Shown piece by piece: positions 13,225 through 27,793 of a stretch of DNA of 64,000 nt. Made by a program: the position numbers and the translations under genes. The stretch lies in assembly GCA_964016885.1 (NCBI GenBank), contig OZ024742.1, forward strand, positions 93,682,001 through 93,746,000, given 5' to 3'. The stretch comes from Eledone cirrhosa. Taxonomy: Eukaryota. The notes beneath the pieces are model-generated. The model saw nothing but the letters and a program-made list of their open reading frames with translations, did no database searches and was not told the DNA's origin. The first letter of the stretch is position 1. Each line of letters opens with the position of its first letter.

Positions 13225-13305
13225 GAGTTAAGCGGAGTAAGTAAGATTCAAACAATTTTTTTAAATAAATTAAAAAATATAATCTAAATATTTACCTATT
13301 CCATT

Positions 13306-13387
13306 TGCTTTTACCGATGGTTTCGCCTCAAAAAAGACTGGAAGTCCGATGGACTTCCAATAGAAATATTCGGTTCTTCAGAAAGCA
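13306..13387 (-). ncRNA. Type I hammerhead ribozyme motif
   Basis: rc: tgcttt CTGAAGA acc...ggc GAAA ccatcgg TA aaagca; 6-bp stem I, GUA site, internal hairpin tggaagtcc/ggacttcca. Confidence 0.75.
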
Positions 13388-13591
13388 TTTTCCCCTACAT
13401 AGGACGAAACTCCCACGAACGGCAAAATATATTGCATTCTGCCAGCTAGTGCAGGATCGAATGAGGCCGTAAACTTGACCTAAACATGAACTAGCCCTTA
13501 GTAGAAGCGGATGTAAACATAGACGTGTTGTCTATTACGCCACTAAAAATAGCAGCTAAGTAAAACAACATATTTTTTCTCTACTATATAT

Positions 13592-13646
<55 letters not shown>

Positions 13647-13752
13647 TACATTGGGTATAATACCAGCTTCCTACCAAATGCGAAGAAGCTCGATATATTA
13701 AACCCCCCCCCCCAGGAAATGGCACAGAGCATAATTTTTTAAATGTTATATA

Positions 13753-14006
13753 TAGAGTGGATGTGGAACTGGCGGGGGGGGGGGGGGGGGCATGCCCTCT
13801 CCAATAATTATATTTTCTCCCAAAACTACCAAAACACACATCTATTTGGATATGCGCTACAATTTATGTACATGTTATGTTAATCGTATATCGAAGTTTT
13901 CTGACCATCTTAGAGTGCAATGAGCTAAACTAATCACTACAACTAAATTGCCCAAATGTTGCCCCTCTACCTTCCCCCCACTTCAGAAATGCTTCCACCG
14001 CCCCTG
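13753..14006. mobile_element. Probable hAT-type MITE remnant
   Basis: Right end ...ccaccgcccctg (CAGGGGCGG type); internal ~80 bp shared with 8025-8103. Confidence 0.35.
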
Positions 14007-14029
14007 CTAATACACCTGAAACCAAATTT

Positions 14030-14591
14030 GGCTGTGGAATAAATGCAAACAGAAAGACAATTCAAAATCTCATTTTGTTTGCCTTTTTTTTCGGCAAAGT
14101 TCAGCTAAACCAAGTGATGAAGCTTGAGCATATTCAATTGATATAGTTGCCAAGCCAACTAGTCTCTCTTGCAATATTGTAGAGTGAATGCAAAATTTAA
14201 TAATCTTGAGCTTTGAGAAACTATTCTCACCACTTGTCCCTGATACTGGAAACGTGAGAAGGATCCTCAATGCAATAGCAGTATTAAGAAAATTATCTAA
14301 ATCTTTTTGTTGGAAAAACTCGTAGCCTATAAAAACGCGCAAGCATAATTGCGCCCTGAAAGTTTCGTATACAAGCGATTTCCACTCACTCATTTTGCTT
14401 GTTCTGGTCAGACTGAATCTACCCGATTATTTGTCCCTGAATGAAATAAACCAGGATAAAAAACGACCCTCAATAAAAGTGAAATCTATTTATTTATTTT
14501 TCCAAAATTGTTGTTAATTTGAGAAATGCACCTCGTGAAATCAGTGCCCTAGGCGGCTGTCTAGTTTGCCTATGTGGTAGCGCCGGCCCTG
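14030..14591 (-). mobile_element. hAT transposon deletion derivative (C-terminal dimerisation domain + terminus)
   Basis: IALRILLTFPVS..SGENSFSKLKIIK....ST..QERL..LA.ISIE motif; terminus reads CAGGGCCGGCG on the minus strand. Confidence 0.75.
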
Positions 14592-14930
14592 TGTGGAGGT
14601 AGTTATCCCCAAACTAGAGAACGGACTTTAATACGCGTAACAGAATGAACTCTGCTAAAGACCAGATTGGTATGTTAAACTTGGAGACAGATTAAATATA
14701 CCACCCAAGAATTCAGAACGCAAAGGGTTGGAACAAATACCACAATACCACGACTCTAAGCAGATGAAATGCAGATAGCTAGAACAAATGCCGCAATGTG
14801 TTGTCATATACTTTAACATTTCTGGTATTCATGGCTATTGCTTGTATCTTTAACAGTAGGTCATTATTGTACAGGGAAATGAATGAATGGGATATAATAA
14901 AACCTTGGTGAACACATGAGTTATAGAGTT

Positions 14931-15010
<80 letters not shown>

Positions 15011-15099
15011 ATAGAGAGAGAGCTACATATACGTAACGATGGTGTGATCCAACAGGAGGCAACTTTTCCAGAAGAGAGACGGATAAAACCAATAAGAAG

Positions 15100-15720
<621 letters not shown>

Positions 15721-15778
15721 TGGAACAATAACACAATAATACTTTCTTTCTCAACTTTCTATGTTTAAGATTTAATAA

Positions 15779-15890
15779 TTGTTTCTACATTTGGCACAAG
15801 GCCAGCAAATACCCAGTGCATTACTGGTACTTTATTTTATCGACCCCGTAAGGATGAAAGACAAAGTTAACCTCGGCGGAATTTGAACCC
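15779..15890 (-). mobile_element. Truncated SINE family A flanked by a direct repeat atgtttaagatttaataat
   Basis: SINE core plus the same 19 bp at 15761-15779 and 15891-15909 (TSD-like). Confidence 0.8.
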
Positions 15891-16069
15891 ATGTTTAAGA
15901 TTTAATAATCCTTTGTTTTTGTTTGTTACTTTTTACCCTTCTCCACCTCCTCCCCCCAACCTGCAGCCATCACTGTGTTGTCATTCTTGTCTTTTGTTAG
16001 TGCAAATGTTCACAAACAGCAGTTCTCTATAAAATTCATCATTATTCATTGATTACTCACGCCAACCTT

Positions 16070-16125
<56 letters not shown>

Positions 16126-16128
<3 letters not shown>

Positions 16129-16292
16129 TAAAATTCCGTTATAGCAAAATTCACAGGTTATAAAATAAATTCGTTTTAACAAAAAATTGTTTATAACGAG
16201 ATCGACATTGAGCGTGGGGCCGGAGATTGAAAAAAAAATTGTTATACTGAAAAACTCATTATAATTGTATTCGTTATAACGGAATTTTACCT
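16126..16292. mobile_element. Tigger/pogo-type MITE
   Basis: TIRs cagtaaaattccgttata / tataacggaattttac at TA sites. Confidence 0.65.
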
Positions 16293-16465
16293 ATGTATAT
16301 ATACTGATGATTTCCTGCGAATAAAACAGTTCTAGTCCTGTAAAAATCTCTAAAATATATAAATAATCAACAAACTACTTGGCACATTAATACAGAAAAC
16401 TGCTAAACAACCCAAATGTCAATCATTGCTTTTTGCAACCCTGTTTTCCTTATATATAAAATATA

Positions 16466-16504
16466 TTACTATAGTCATTTGCATTTGGGACGACTGCATT
16501 TGAA

Positions 16505-16536
<32 letters not shown>

Positions 16537-16766
16537 CACTGTAGTAAAAGTTTGGTAGAAATATCCAAGGGTAAGAGCACTTCAAATGTAGTCGTCCCAT
16601 ATGCAAATGACTATAGTAATAGTCGATCACTATACATAATAGTTGAAACTCGAGTAAAGTATGCTAGGAAACGAAAAGAGCTGACCGAGGCGTTTTGATT
16701 TTCGAATTATTAGTTTAGCGATCGACTATTACTATATTCATTTGCATTTGGGACGATTAGATTTCA
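16466..16766. repeat. Three ~40-50 bp alternating inverted copies (DNA transposon termini)
   Basis: ttactatagtcatttgcatttgggacgac at ~16467 (+), ~16590-16629 (-) and ~16719 (+). Confidence 0.6.
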
Positions 16767-17940
16767 AAAGTTTCCAATGCGTCTCAAATTAATTTCTAGG
16801 GAACTTCTCATTTTGTGAATTCAATAATCATAGAAAAGATGGGATCTACAGAATTGGGAGTAACTAATTTGATAAAAGCACGACAAACGGCCGATGACGA
16901 TAGAAAAGTGAACAATGTTAATATAACGGAACCTGAAGACTATAGCAGCCGCATCTAAAAATGAAGCTGGCTTGTTGCTATCTGTTGTTATCGAAATGAA
17001 AGATGAAAATGTATGTCTGACACTATCAGATAGATTTTTCACGTATGATGAGACAGTGTGTGTTGTGGCAATGCGAGAGCCTGCAGAGGATTCACAGTTT
17101 TTTTAGCATGGCATAGTAGTTCTTAAAGAAAAAGAGAGCTAAATTCACGCCAATCAAATTCAATCTATTTACAAGTGTTTTGAGTCGACGGATCTTCTTT
17201 TCAAGGAACGTTCTGACAGCAAACAGAGGGACCAGCGAACCAAAGAAAAAACGTTTTCCTCCAGTGTCACCTGTATCTGATATGGCCGCACGCACTCAGT
17301 GACTACAGAAAAGATAAATCAGACAGATAGACAGCTAAGGCCTTATATGAGATGGCTGTGCAGGAATAGCTAGTAGTATCGTTACTGATAAAAGCTAGTT
17401 ATATGCATTTGACAGTTATTGTTTACCTGTGTGATTAACTGACGCAGAGTTTAGTCAACACATTGTCTCAGGGCTAGTTACTTAGTAAGCAAGTACAGCA
17501 CAGGAGTTCTCTTTATATGGTATTAATTATAATCCTTGCCATGATAATACTTCTTTCTAACATTGGAATGAGGTCGTAGATGGAAAGTCGATTACATCAA
17601 CTCCTGTGTTTAACTTATACTTTATTTTATCGACCCCAGAAAGATGAATATAAAGTTGACATTACCGGGGTTTGAACTCAGAATGTAGAAAGTCGTAACT
17701 AAATGTCGCAAAGTATTTTGTCTATCGCTTTCCGATTTTCCCATCCCACTGTTCTCATTGTTATGATAATAATAGTAATACTAACTTCTATGTCTTGCCA
17801 AAGAACCATAATATGATTTTACCGTGTTGAAGTGTATCCTAAATGTCAGTGACATGGTATTTTGAAACACAATTTGAACTAACGATGCTTATAAAATAAT
17901 ATCTTATATTAGAACAAACACGAAAAATGTATAACAATAA

Positions 17941-18125
17941 TTATTTCTACTTTTGGCACAAGGCCTGCAATTATCCCAGTGTATTACAGGTGCTTTATTT
18001 TATCGACCCCGTAAGGATGAAAGGCAAAGTTAACCACGGCGGGATTTGAACTCAGATCATAAAGGGCCGTAACTCTATGCTACAAAACATGGCGACCGAC
18101 CCTCTACCGATACTGCCATACCACT
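17941..18125 (-). mobile_element. tRNA-derived SINE (family A)
   Basis: rc of family A; an older copy lies at ~17560-17750. Confidence 0.85.
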
Positions 18126-20463
18126 GCAAGAATTATTATAATGGAAAAAAAATCTAGTGATTATGAGGTGTGATGTGCATATTTGTAGTCTAGTTGTTAA
18201 GCATTAAATTAAATGTCCTCGTATTTGTTCAGTCTCTTTGCTTAGTGAGTTCGTTCTTGGTTCAATTTGACAATCGGCTTCTTTAGTTTTAGTACTATAA
18301 ATGATGAGAACTAGCTTGAGCTTGGGAACCGAAAGTCGTTCGCAGAATCAGCTAACCAGGTGCATGTAAAAAAAATGTATTTTATCATAGCCATGATGAG
18401 ACTGTGAGAAGAAATAGTAAGTTGTTATAGTTGTTATATGCAAACATTTTCCCTTACTTACCAATAACAGGTGAAAAAGGATCTGATTAAGAATAAAAAT
18501 AGTTTATTTGTCTCACAGGGAAGCTTATCTTATTTTTAGTCTATAATGGCGCTTGCTATAATGAGGTTTCTATCAGCATTTTTTCATTATATTCTATACA
18601 AAATCTTTTCTACTTTTAGGGATCAAATATTATCATTCACAGCAATAACAACAGTTACAACAACAACAACAACAACATCAATAATAATAATAACAATAAT
18701 AATAATGATAAAAATAATAACAAAAACAACATAAAATAGGGAAAAAATTTTATCAGAAAATGTTTCTCTATCATGATCAAATTTATTCTCGACTTTGATA
18801 ATGTTGCTGTATAGGAAAAGGAAAAATAAATAAGAAACCCTAACTATAAAAGCCCGCTCTTCTATTCACATTGACGTTGCAAGGCTTTCAATCAAAAACT
18901 AGATCTTTGTGCTATAGAATTGAACCAAAAACAAAATTGTGCAATAAGTTTCAGGTCACAACCTTTTCTCGCTGGCATTCATTGATTAAAGATACATCAA
19001 AGTCAAAGAAATCAATCTTTTTTTCGTTTCTAAATTTATTTCTTATTTAATTTACTTTTTTTGTTTGTGTTTTGTTTTACATCCATTTGATGGATGGGTG
19101 GTAAATAATTTAGTTTCAATGGATTCACTCGTGAAAGAGCTTAGAAAATTGTTAGATGGATAGATGGATGGATGAAAGGATGGATGGATGGTTAGGTGAA
19201 TGTATGGATCGACATTTTGGTGACATAGAAATATGCTAATATTGTTGTATGCAATATTTAACGTGGTTATTGCAAATATGAGTGGCAGCTTCAAGTTAAG
19301 AAGGATTTTAACAGGCAAAGTAGTAATATTGGTTCCTAATTTAAGCATAAGGTTAGCAATTTTAGGCAAGGGAGATGAGGCTAAATTCCATTAAGTTGAC
19401 TCCAGTTCTCGACTGGTATCATATTTTATTGATCACCAGAAGGATGGTTTGAACGCAAGATTACAGAGCCAAATCAGATACAGCAAAGCGTCTTGACAGA
19501 CTCTTTAACAATTCCGCCATTTCACCAACATTGGATTGGTACTTTATTTATAGATCCTGAAAGGATGAACGGCAAAGTAGTCTTCAGCAGGATTTGAATT
19601 AAGAACGCAGAAAACCGAGAGAAATACGGAGGGATTTAATGCGACGCTCTAATTTCTACCAATCAACTTCATTTGTATTCTGACTTACTATGTTTCTCCT
19701 CAGAGATTACCATTATGCCTCGTGCAGAAATATTTTCTCCTACACCGTGCGTGCTTCTTAGCTTGTTTACCCACCAATTAGTTTCCTCCTCTTTTTCATC
19801 TCTTGGATTGGAACTTTCATGTTCGTCCGTTCCACGGGTTTTGTCTTACACGCTTCCAACAAACACTGCCTAATGCAATGTTCACTTATGTTACCCCGCT
19901 GCACACTTAAATGCTCCAATCGTACTCATGTCACACGATCCTCCAAATTAAGACGGTATAAGAAAGCTATGGATGCAGCCATGGTCTTTGTAATGATCTT
20001 ATTTAAAAATCTTTAAAAGAACCAATAGGAAATATAATTTTAAAAAATACTTTCATATTTAATTCCGTTCATTAATACTTTAATTTCGTGAATACTCTCC
20101 ATCTTGATAATATATAATATAAATCAGGATAATGTAGATGTTGTACAGTAACGCAATATCTTTTCTACAAGTTTGAATTGCGAATTTTCGATTTTCAATT
20201 TCAACATAATCGTAACCTACACGTTCGAAAATGCATTTCTGCAGAATGTCATTAAAAAGTATGTATTATTAAGAAAGTTGTGAGGAAACAATAGAACGTA
20301 CAAACCTATAGTTATTCCATTAGAATGATGTAATCACATCGACACTGTACTTGCTGCTCTCACTTTGCCAAAGCTTAAATTAATACTAGGTAAAAAAGAA
20401 ACGAAATGAAATAATTGCTTAAAAGACAACCTATATATTGTTTTGAGTACGAATTAGTGTAAG

Positions 20464-20536
20464 GTCCTTGTAGCGCAGGGGATAGCGCGCTGGACTTCTA
20501 ATCCAGAGGCCGTGGGTTCGAATCCCACCAGGGATG
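20464..20536 (+). tRNA. tRNA-Arg (anticodon TCT), intronless
   Basis: 73-nt cloverleaf: acceptor gtccttg/cagggat, D stem gcgc/gcgc, anticodon stem ctgga/tccag with loop cttctaa, T stem gtggg/cccac with loop ttcgaat. Confidence 0.95.
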
Positions 20537-20544
20537 ATTATCAC

Positions 20545-20561
20545 TTTTTTTTTTTTTTTTT
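20545..20561 (+). terminator. RNA polymerase III oligo-T terminator
   Basis: T17 run starting 9 nt after the tRNA. Confidence 0.8.
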
Positions 20562-20827
20562 AGATTACATCTTTATTAGATTGAAATGTTTTCGATTATT
20601 GTGCTCTCTATTTTCCCGTTTATTCTTTTAGTTGTTTCAGTCATTAGACTGTGGCAATGCTAGGGCACTATTTTGATTTAGTCAATAGGCACTTATTTTT
20701 AAAAGTTCGTTTATTTCACCAATCTGTTTTTGTTGAACCGCTATGTTACTTGACATAAACGTAAACATAGATACGGACATACACATACATACGTATGCAC
20801 ATATATTTAACAATGGTTTTTTTATAG

Positions 20828-21032
20828 AGGCACAAGGCTAGCAATTTTGGGGGAGGTGAAAGTCAATTAAATCGACCCCAGTGTGTTGCTGGTACTTTAT
20901 TTTATCGACCCTGTAAGGATGAAAGGCAAAGCTAACCTCGGTGGGATTTGAACTCAGAACGTTAAGAACCGTAATACTATGCCACAAAGCATGTTGTCCG
21001 ACACTCTAGTGATACAGCCAGTCCACCGCCCT
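20828..21032 (-). mobile_element. tRNA-derived SINE (family A, long form)
   Basis: rc of the 4407-4621 type. Confidence 0.85.
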
Positions 21033-21169
21033 CACATACATATAATTATTTACAATGATTAAAAAACAAAGATGAAGTTATATAAATTAATCGGATGTAT
21101 CCTCGATTTTGCTCTCTCGTCGAGTTTCATTACAGTCATGTGGATAGCATCATATATTACTTAGATATA

Positions 21170-22377
21170 CGAGGGGGCTTCAAAATGTTCGTGGAAAAAG
21201 AACAGTTTAAGTTATAATACTTATTTTTCAACATATTCTCCATCTAGGTCAATACACTTCTGCAAGCGTTGATTCCAGCCTTTAAGTCCATCTGTGTAAA
21301 ACTAAGGGCCATGTGATTTAAACCATGTCAAAGCACCATTTTTACATCTTCCACTGATGTAAAATGGGTACCTTTCAATGATTCTTTTCAGGTTTGGAAA
21401 CAAAAAGAAGTCGTATGGGGTTAAATCGGGACAGTAAAGTGGGTGTTGAAATATTTACTATCAAAAATTCGTGTAACACGGCTCGTGTGTGCTGAGCGCC
21501 ATGAGGGGGCGCATTGTGGTGGAAGAGGACGCGCCAATGCAGTTTCACCGGACGTTTTCCCACGATTTTCTTGCCAGTTTTCTCAAAACGCTTTCATAAT
21601 GTGCAGCTGTAATTGTTCTCTTGTTCTCGAGGAAGTCAACCAGCAAAATCCCCTCTACACCCCAGAAGACAATGGCCGCTTTAGCCTTGACTGGCCCACT
21701 TCCACCCCTCGGTAGCCACTGCTTCGATTGAAGTTTGTCCGGGTAACAATTCTCTGCAGAAAAGCTTCAGGGTCTTCATCCTACTTGTTCAAAATTTCCA
21801 TCGAAAGATCTGCCCGTGTTTGCTGTTGATCTGGGCGCAACAGCTTTGTGACCCATCAAGCGGAAAGCTTGCCCAGCCCCAAATTCTCCATTAGAATTGT
21901 GTGTGCAGAACCTACGGAGATGTTGAGTGTCGGCTACTGATTCAGTGGTTATTCACCTATCCTTTTCAATTAGGTCGTCAACAACATCGATGTTTTCTAT
22001 ACAGACTGATGTGGATGACCTGCCACTGCGGGGATCAACTTCAACCACATATCTTCCACTTCTAAAACGACTTATCCATTTGTAGGTTGTTGATTTCTTT
22101 GGGGCATTGACCCCATAAACTTTCTCCAGAGCGTCAAAGGCTGCTCTTTCAACCTAGCTTCACCGTAAATTTGATATTTGACCTGGCCTCAATTTTGATG
22201 GATGCTATGTTGCTCGGACGGGTGCTGACTTCCGAATAGCGGCGCCGCGTTGGAAGATGCATGTTAGAACATGTTACGACACGTTAGTAGGAGAACGTAC
22301 AGGTGCATTGAGATCAAAATCCCTACATATGAATTTTAGCTATGTACGTTTTCCACGAACTTCTTGAAACCCCCTCG
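21170..22377 (-). mobile_element. Full-length defective mariner transposon
   Basis: TIRs cgagggggcttcaaaatgttcgtggaaaa / ttttccacgaacttcttgaaaccccctcg, TA TSD on both sides, ~1.2 kb; VLFHHNAPPH catalytic-domain remnant. Confidence 0.9.
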
Positions 22378-22444
22378 TATGTTTATGTGAACTCCCTTTT
22401 CATTATGTTGTAATTCCAGGGAGTCCGTGTATCTGTATATATCT

Positions 22445-22582
22445 ATAGAGCAACGGCCCTTTATGATCTGAGTTCAAATTCCGCCGAGGTTAACTTTGCC
22501 TTTCATCCTTACGGGGTCGATAAAATAAAGTACTAGTAATGTAGTGAGTAATTGCTGGCCTCGTGCTAAAAGTAGAAACAAT
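22445..22582 (+). mobile_element. 5'-truncated SINE family A
   Basis: B-box, core, 3' end. Confidence 0.8.
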
Positions 22583-24916
22583 TATTATCTATTTGATCAA
22601 CACATTTAACTAAACATATTTATGAATGAATAAACCCGTAATTCCCGGTGGAGTCGTAAGGATATCTCTTGGGCATTTAAAACCTGGTGGAGGCTATCTT
22701 CTCAGGTTTGAAAACAGCCGATTTCTCTCCGAGAAGGAGAGTGAGAGAGATCGAAAGAAGGAGAATGATAAAGAGGATGTGAGAAATAGATCTAGAGGAA
22801 AATCGACCCAGTATTGGACTGGTAATTTGGTTATCGACCTGGAAAAGACGAACAGAAAAGTGGACCTCGGCTGGAGTTGAACTCAGTGTGTAAAGATCCA
22901 GAATAAATACCGCAAACCATTTTATTCGACGTTCTAACGTCTCTGCCGATTCCCTAATACACTGAAATTAAGTGACCATTTAAATAGATGAATCTATAAC
23001 AATTTATTTTTGCACCAAATATTATTTCTACTAATAAAGAAATGGTCTGGTTAATATAAACTTTGACATAAATATCTTGGCTTATAAACAATCAGAAGGG
23101 AATGATAGTATTTTAAGAGAAAGCAAGCAGACAGCATCTCGTTAAATTGTAGTTATTTCACCATTACCAGTGTGGTAATTAGCAACAAAATATATTTACA
23201 CTTGAGGTTTTGTACTTTTTGTTTCTTTTCACATTATTTAGGCTACGAATTAGCAGAGTCATTCCAACGTTGAATAGAATGTTTTGTAGCATTCGTTCCA
23301 GCTCTCTGCACTCTGTGTTCAAAACCCAGGTCGATAAAAACTCAGGTCGATAAAAAAGTACCAGTACTCGACTGGAGTCGATGCTTCCTTTGTATCTCTT
23401 TCTTATTTCTTCTCTATCCCTCCCCTCTTTTCCCTCTCTCCCTTCCTTTGGAAGTAACTGGTTGCATTCTGACCTGGAGAGTGATGGTCTTCGCTAAGTT
23501 TCAAAGGACCAGTATGTCATGAAAACGCTCTTACGACTCCATCTGAAGTTATCGGTTCATACATACGTATATATTTGTATAATTATTGTATTCATGATTT
23601 CGATGCCTAATAATTTATTCTTATATTTCTTTTTTTATCATTATTGTTCCCTGGCATTTCATTTTTTCTCTTTATCTTATACATTTTGTTTTATTCTCTT
23701 TTAACCTCTGTCATTTCATCTAGTGGAATGCTTGCCAGGAAACCTCTGGTTGGTTTATACAAGACAAGGTTGCTATGACCGTAAACATTTGTTACATTTC
23801 CCTGAAGAAGTGAACAAGCTTCAACTAACATGTTAGTTTATATCATAATCAGGATTATGCAATACTGTATAACTTATAAATCACAGCGAGCGAACAAAAT
23901 CACAGAAACATATGTAGAGCTAATACAATGTTATATTTGGTTTTTCCTATCATTGTTATGTTTCTCCGTATTCCTACAATTACATTGCATATTAAGATAC
24001 ATATACACAGGACCAAATCCAATCCAACGGAAATCTGGGAAGTACATTGAGATCTAAAACTTTTATGCATTTTCGTCTCATGTTATATACATATATATAA
24101 CACGAAAAAAAAATGCATAAAAGCCTTATTGTAAATAAAAAAGAGAATATTTACACCTTGATCATAAAAATCTCCCGGTTTCTCTTATTAACATATTCAT
24201 TATATATAAGGAAATATATTGAAATTTGTTTCTGTGATAGATGTTGAATGCTTACATTCAATCTCTTTCACAGAATCTCTTCATATTTTCTGTAATTGAT
24301 ATCGTCGTGCATGATGAGGCCTCTCTGACCCGTTTGTTTCAAACCATGACAGCACGTCAAACTCACACTGGTATGGAAAGTGGACAAAAAATGATGATGA
24401 TGATTTATGACTGACAATGTGACCAGCTTTCGTCTATTGTGCTGTAGAAAGTTTTAAAACCTCTCTAAATGTTTCTTCTTTTAAACTGCTTCTTTGAAAT
24501 ATGTAGATATATTTGTTCGTTTTTGACGTGTATGAATGTATTTTACTTGCATTTGTAATTCTATTTTCATTCTTAAGAATTTGAAACAGAAACAAAGAAT
24601 TACAAATGAAAGCAAAATACACTTATACACTTATATAATTCAAATACACAATTTTCATACTTGAAAGTGAAGCAATTTCATTTTAGATTTCCAGAAAGTA
24701 AAACAAAAATAATTCTCCAAATTTAAATGAAATATATTATATCCAAAAATGAGCTACAATTGTAAATTCCCTAATTTTAATGAATTTTGATTAATTTTAT
24801 TTATTATTAATTAATTTAATTATTCATTTATTTTTTTAATCTATTTATTTATTTATTTATTTGCAGATTCTGATTTACTGATGTTCAAATCATAAATATC
24901 TGACGACAATTATTTT

Positions 24917-25093
24917 TGGCAGTATTGGTAGAGTGTCGGATGCCATGCTTTGGTGCATAGAGTTACGGCTCTTGCTATTCTGAGTTCAAATCCCGCCGAG
25001 GTTAACTTTGCCTTTCATCCTTACGGGGTCGATAAAATAAAGTACCAGTAATACACTGGGTAATTGCTGGCCTTGTGCCTAACGTAGAAACAA
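24917..25093 (+). mobile_element. tRNA-derived SINE (family A)
   Basis: Full head/core/tail; further decayed minus-strand copies at 25200-25770. Confidence 0.9.
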
Positions 25094-26609
25094 TTATTTA
25101 AAAATTTAAGAAGCTATATTAAACACTGCTATACAAATTATTGTAATCATTTGTTTAAAATCATAATAACCAAGTAACAATGTTTTATAACATAGGAAAA
25201 AGGACAAAAATTTTAAGGTATGAGAAAATCGATTTTAAGTCAACACCAATATTGGACTTGTACATTATTTTATTGACCACTGAAAGAATTAAAGTAGGCT
25301 TCGGTGGGTTTTGAACTAAGACTGTAACATATAACATAAACAATTTGTTCAGCGCTCTAACCCTTCTCCCATTCCACCGCTCTTTTGAATGGCGTCTTAT
25401 TCATACACAAAGTCAGTAGTTTGGGGGTAGGAGAAAATCAATTACATCGACTCCAGTACTTTATAAAGTTAACCTAGGCAAGCTTTGAACTCAGAACATA
25501 AAGAGATGTAAATTAAATGCTCTAAAGATTCTACCAAACATCTGTTCATATAGCCAAACAAGTGTTTCTACTTTTGGTACAAGGCTTTTGGTAAAAGGTG
25601 GGAGGAAAGGTGATTAAATCGACCCCAGTACATTACTCGTACTTTACTATATCGGTCCTCGTAAAGATGAAAGGCAAAGTTTACCCCAGTGGGATTTGAA
25701 TGTAAATGGTCATAACTATATACCACAAAATAGATTGTCTGATGCTCTACCGATACTGCTAATTCGCTGCCCTTATATTAATAATCATTATTTTGGGTAG
25801 TATTCATTAGTTAAATAATTACTAATATTATTCAATAAATTCTATTATTTCACCTCATAAAAGGACCTTGATGTAATCAGCCAGTCAGCTGGAAATCAGT
25901 GACAAATCTTCCTATAATCACATCCTCTTATATTAAACAACAGCAAAATACTATCTCATTAAACCCTTTCCCAAACATCTTAAACAGCAACAACGCAAAT
26001 AAGAACAATGATAACGAGAAAATAGCAACTCTAATAAATTATAAGAACAACAACACCAACACAAATATAAGATTTAGCACACAGACTTCACATGGGTAAT
26101 ATTTAATGGAAGTTAAAGAAGTAAATACATTTAAAGATGGCAACAGCAAGTAGAGATGTAAGTTAAATAAAACATTGAGCTATTTTGGGACAGAAAGAAT
26201 ATTTGAAGCAAAACCCTCTAATTTATTAGAATGTAATTAAGTTCATTAATGAAGAATTAAAAGAAGGACGAGATTAATTAAATTATATTGATATAAAAAT
26301 GAAGTGAAAGAGCTAAAAATATTGCGACATGAGAAATAATGGTAAAATAAAGTAAAATAGTGAAATCTATAAAAACTCATGCAAAATAGTAGTTGATGTA
26401 GAAATATGCATATTCTTCTGCTTTTGTTTATATTCTTAAACTTCTCACCAATAGAGAGGAAGTTTCTAACACAGAAACAAGACCTTTTCTTTGGAATTCA
26501 GATACAATCAACTAGATAATTATTTATGTCTGTCTGTACATGTGTGTGTGTGTGTGCAGCAATGGATGTCATTACATATTTGGATCTGTAGGTTTAGTGC
26601 ACTGCTATA

Positions 26610-26830
26610 AGTGAATGCACATGGCTTAGTAGTTAGAGCGTTAGGGCTGGCAATCCGAAGGTTGTGAGTTTGATTCTCGAAATGAGTGATGTTTGTTACC
26701 CCAGTCCACTCAGCTGCAGAAATGAGTTGCAACGTCACTGGTGCCACGTTCTACTGGCCATTGCCTATGTTTTGGTCAACATCGATGGCACGGAGAAGGG
26801 AGGCTGGTATGCATTGGTAACTGTTTGTTT
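26610..26830 (+). mobile_element. tRNA-derived SINE (family B), partial
   Basis: tggcttagtagttagagcg A-box, gagtttgattc B-box, ccactcagctgcagaaatgag shared with 48771-48915. Confidence 0.65.
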
Positions 26831-26839
26831 TGCACAAAC

Positions 26840-27762
26840 AACATTACCCTCTTCGAAGGGCAACTTTCTAGGTGCAACTGCCGTAACCCCATTGCGTGCC
26901 GCTTAACGGCCGGTGCGTTACGCCCAATATCGTATATAAGTGCAAGGTTAGAACGGCCTCATCCACTAGCTTTTATATTGACTCTACATCAAACCCCTTT
27001 AAGGTTCGCTATAATGCGCACTCATTTTCCTTCCGCGACCCTAGCAATAGATTCTCAACTTCTCTAACTAGGCTCTTTAAAAACCTCAGACTAGCCAACA
27101 TTGAACATTCAATAGCTTGGGATATCTTAGCTAGATCTGCGTTTAATGGGAGAAAAAACTCTTGCGATCTCTGTCTTACCGAGGCCTGTCACATAACTTT
27201 TTCAAGGCCCCCGTCATCAATACCAGGAACGAGTTGGTCATCAACTGCCACCACCGCAGAGCGAGTTCCTTTGCCAACAGAATATTCGACCCAGCTTAGC
27301 CTATCCTTTAGTCATGCCCCTCCCTAAAACTAACAAATTAATGACATCATTAGTCCACCACATAAGCACCTATAAGTTACCTGCCTTGCATTATCTTAGT
27401 TACAAATGCCACTGCAACTATACCTATAAGCTACCTCTCTACCCTACCTTGGTTACAGCTCCCAGTGAGATTCTTGGCCCTCCAAGGTGTTACCTCCTTT
27501 GAAACCCATCTCTATACAATAAGATAGTTTTCCTACAAGAAGCCATTTTGGTATGTGATAGGCAGCAGTGTTTACCTTCAGCCTCGACAGATATCTAATG
27601 TTTATTTATACCATACACATGAAATTCTCCAGTGCCAAGGTGCCCCATCTAGGGAGTTGCTAATCTGAGGATTCTTTACGGACACGTAACCCTCCCATTT
27701 TATTTTTATTTTTATTTTTATTTTTATTTTTATTTTTATTTTTATTTTTATTTTTATTTTTA

Positions 27763-27793
<31 letters not shown>

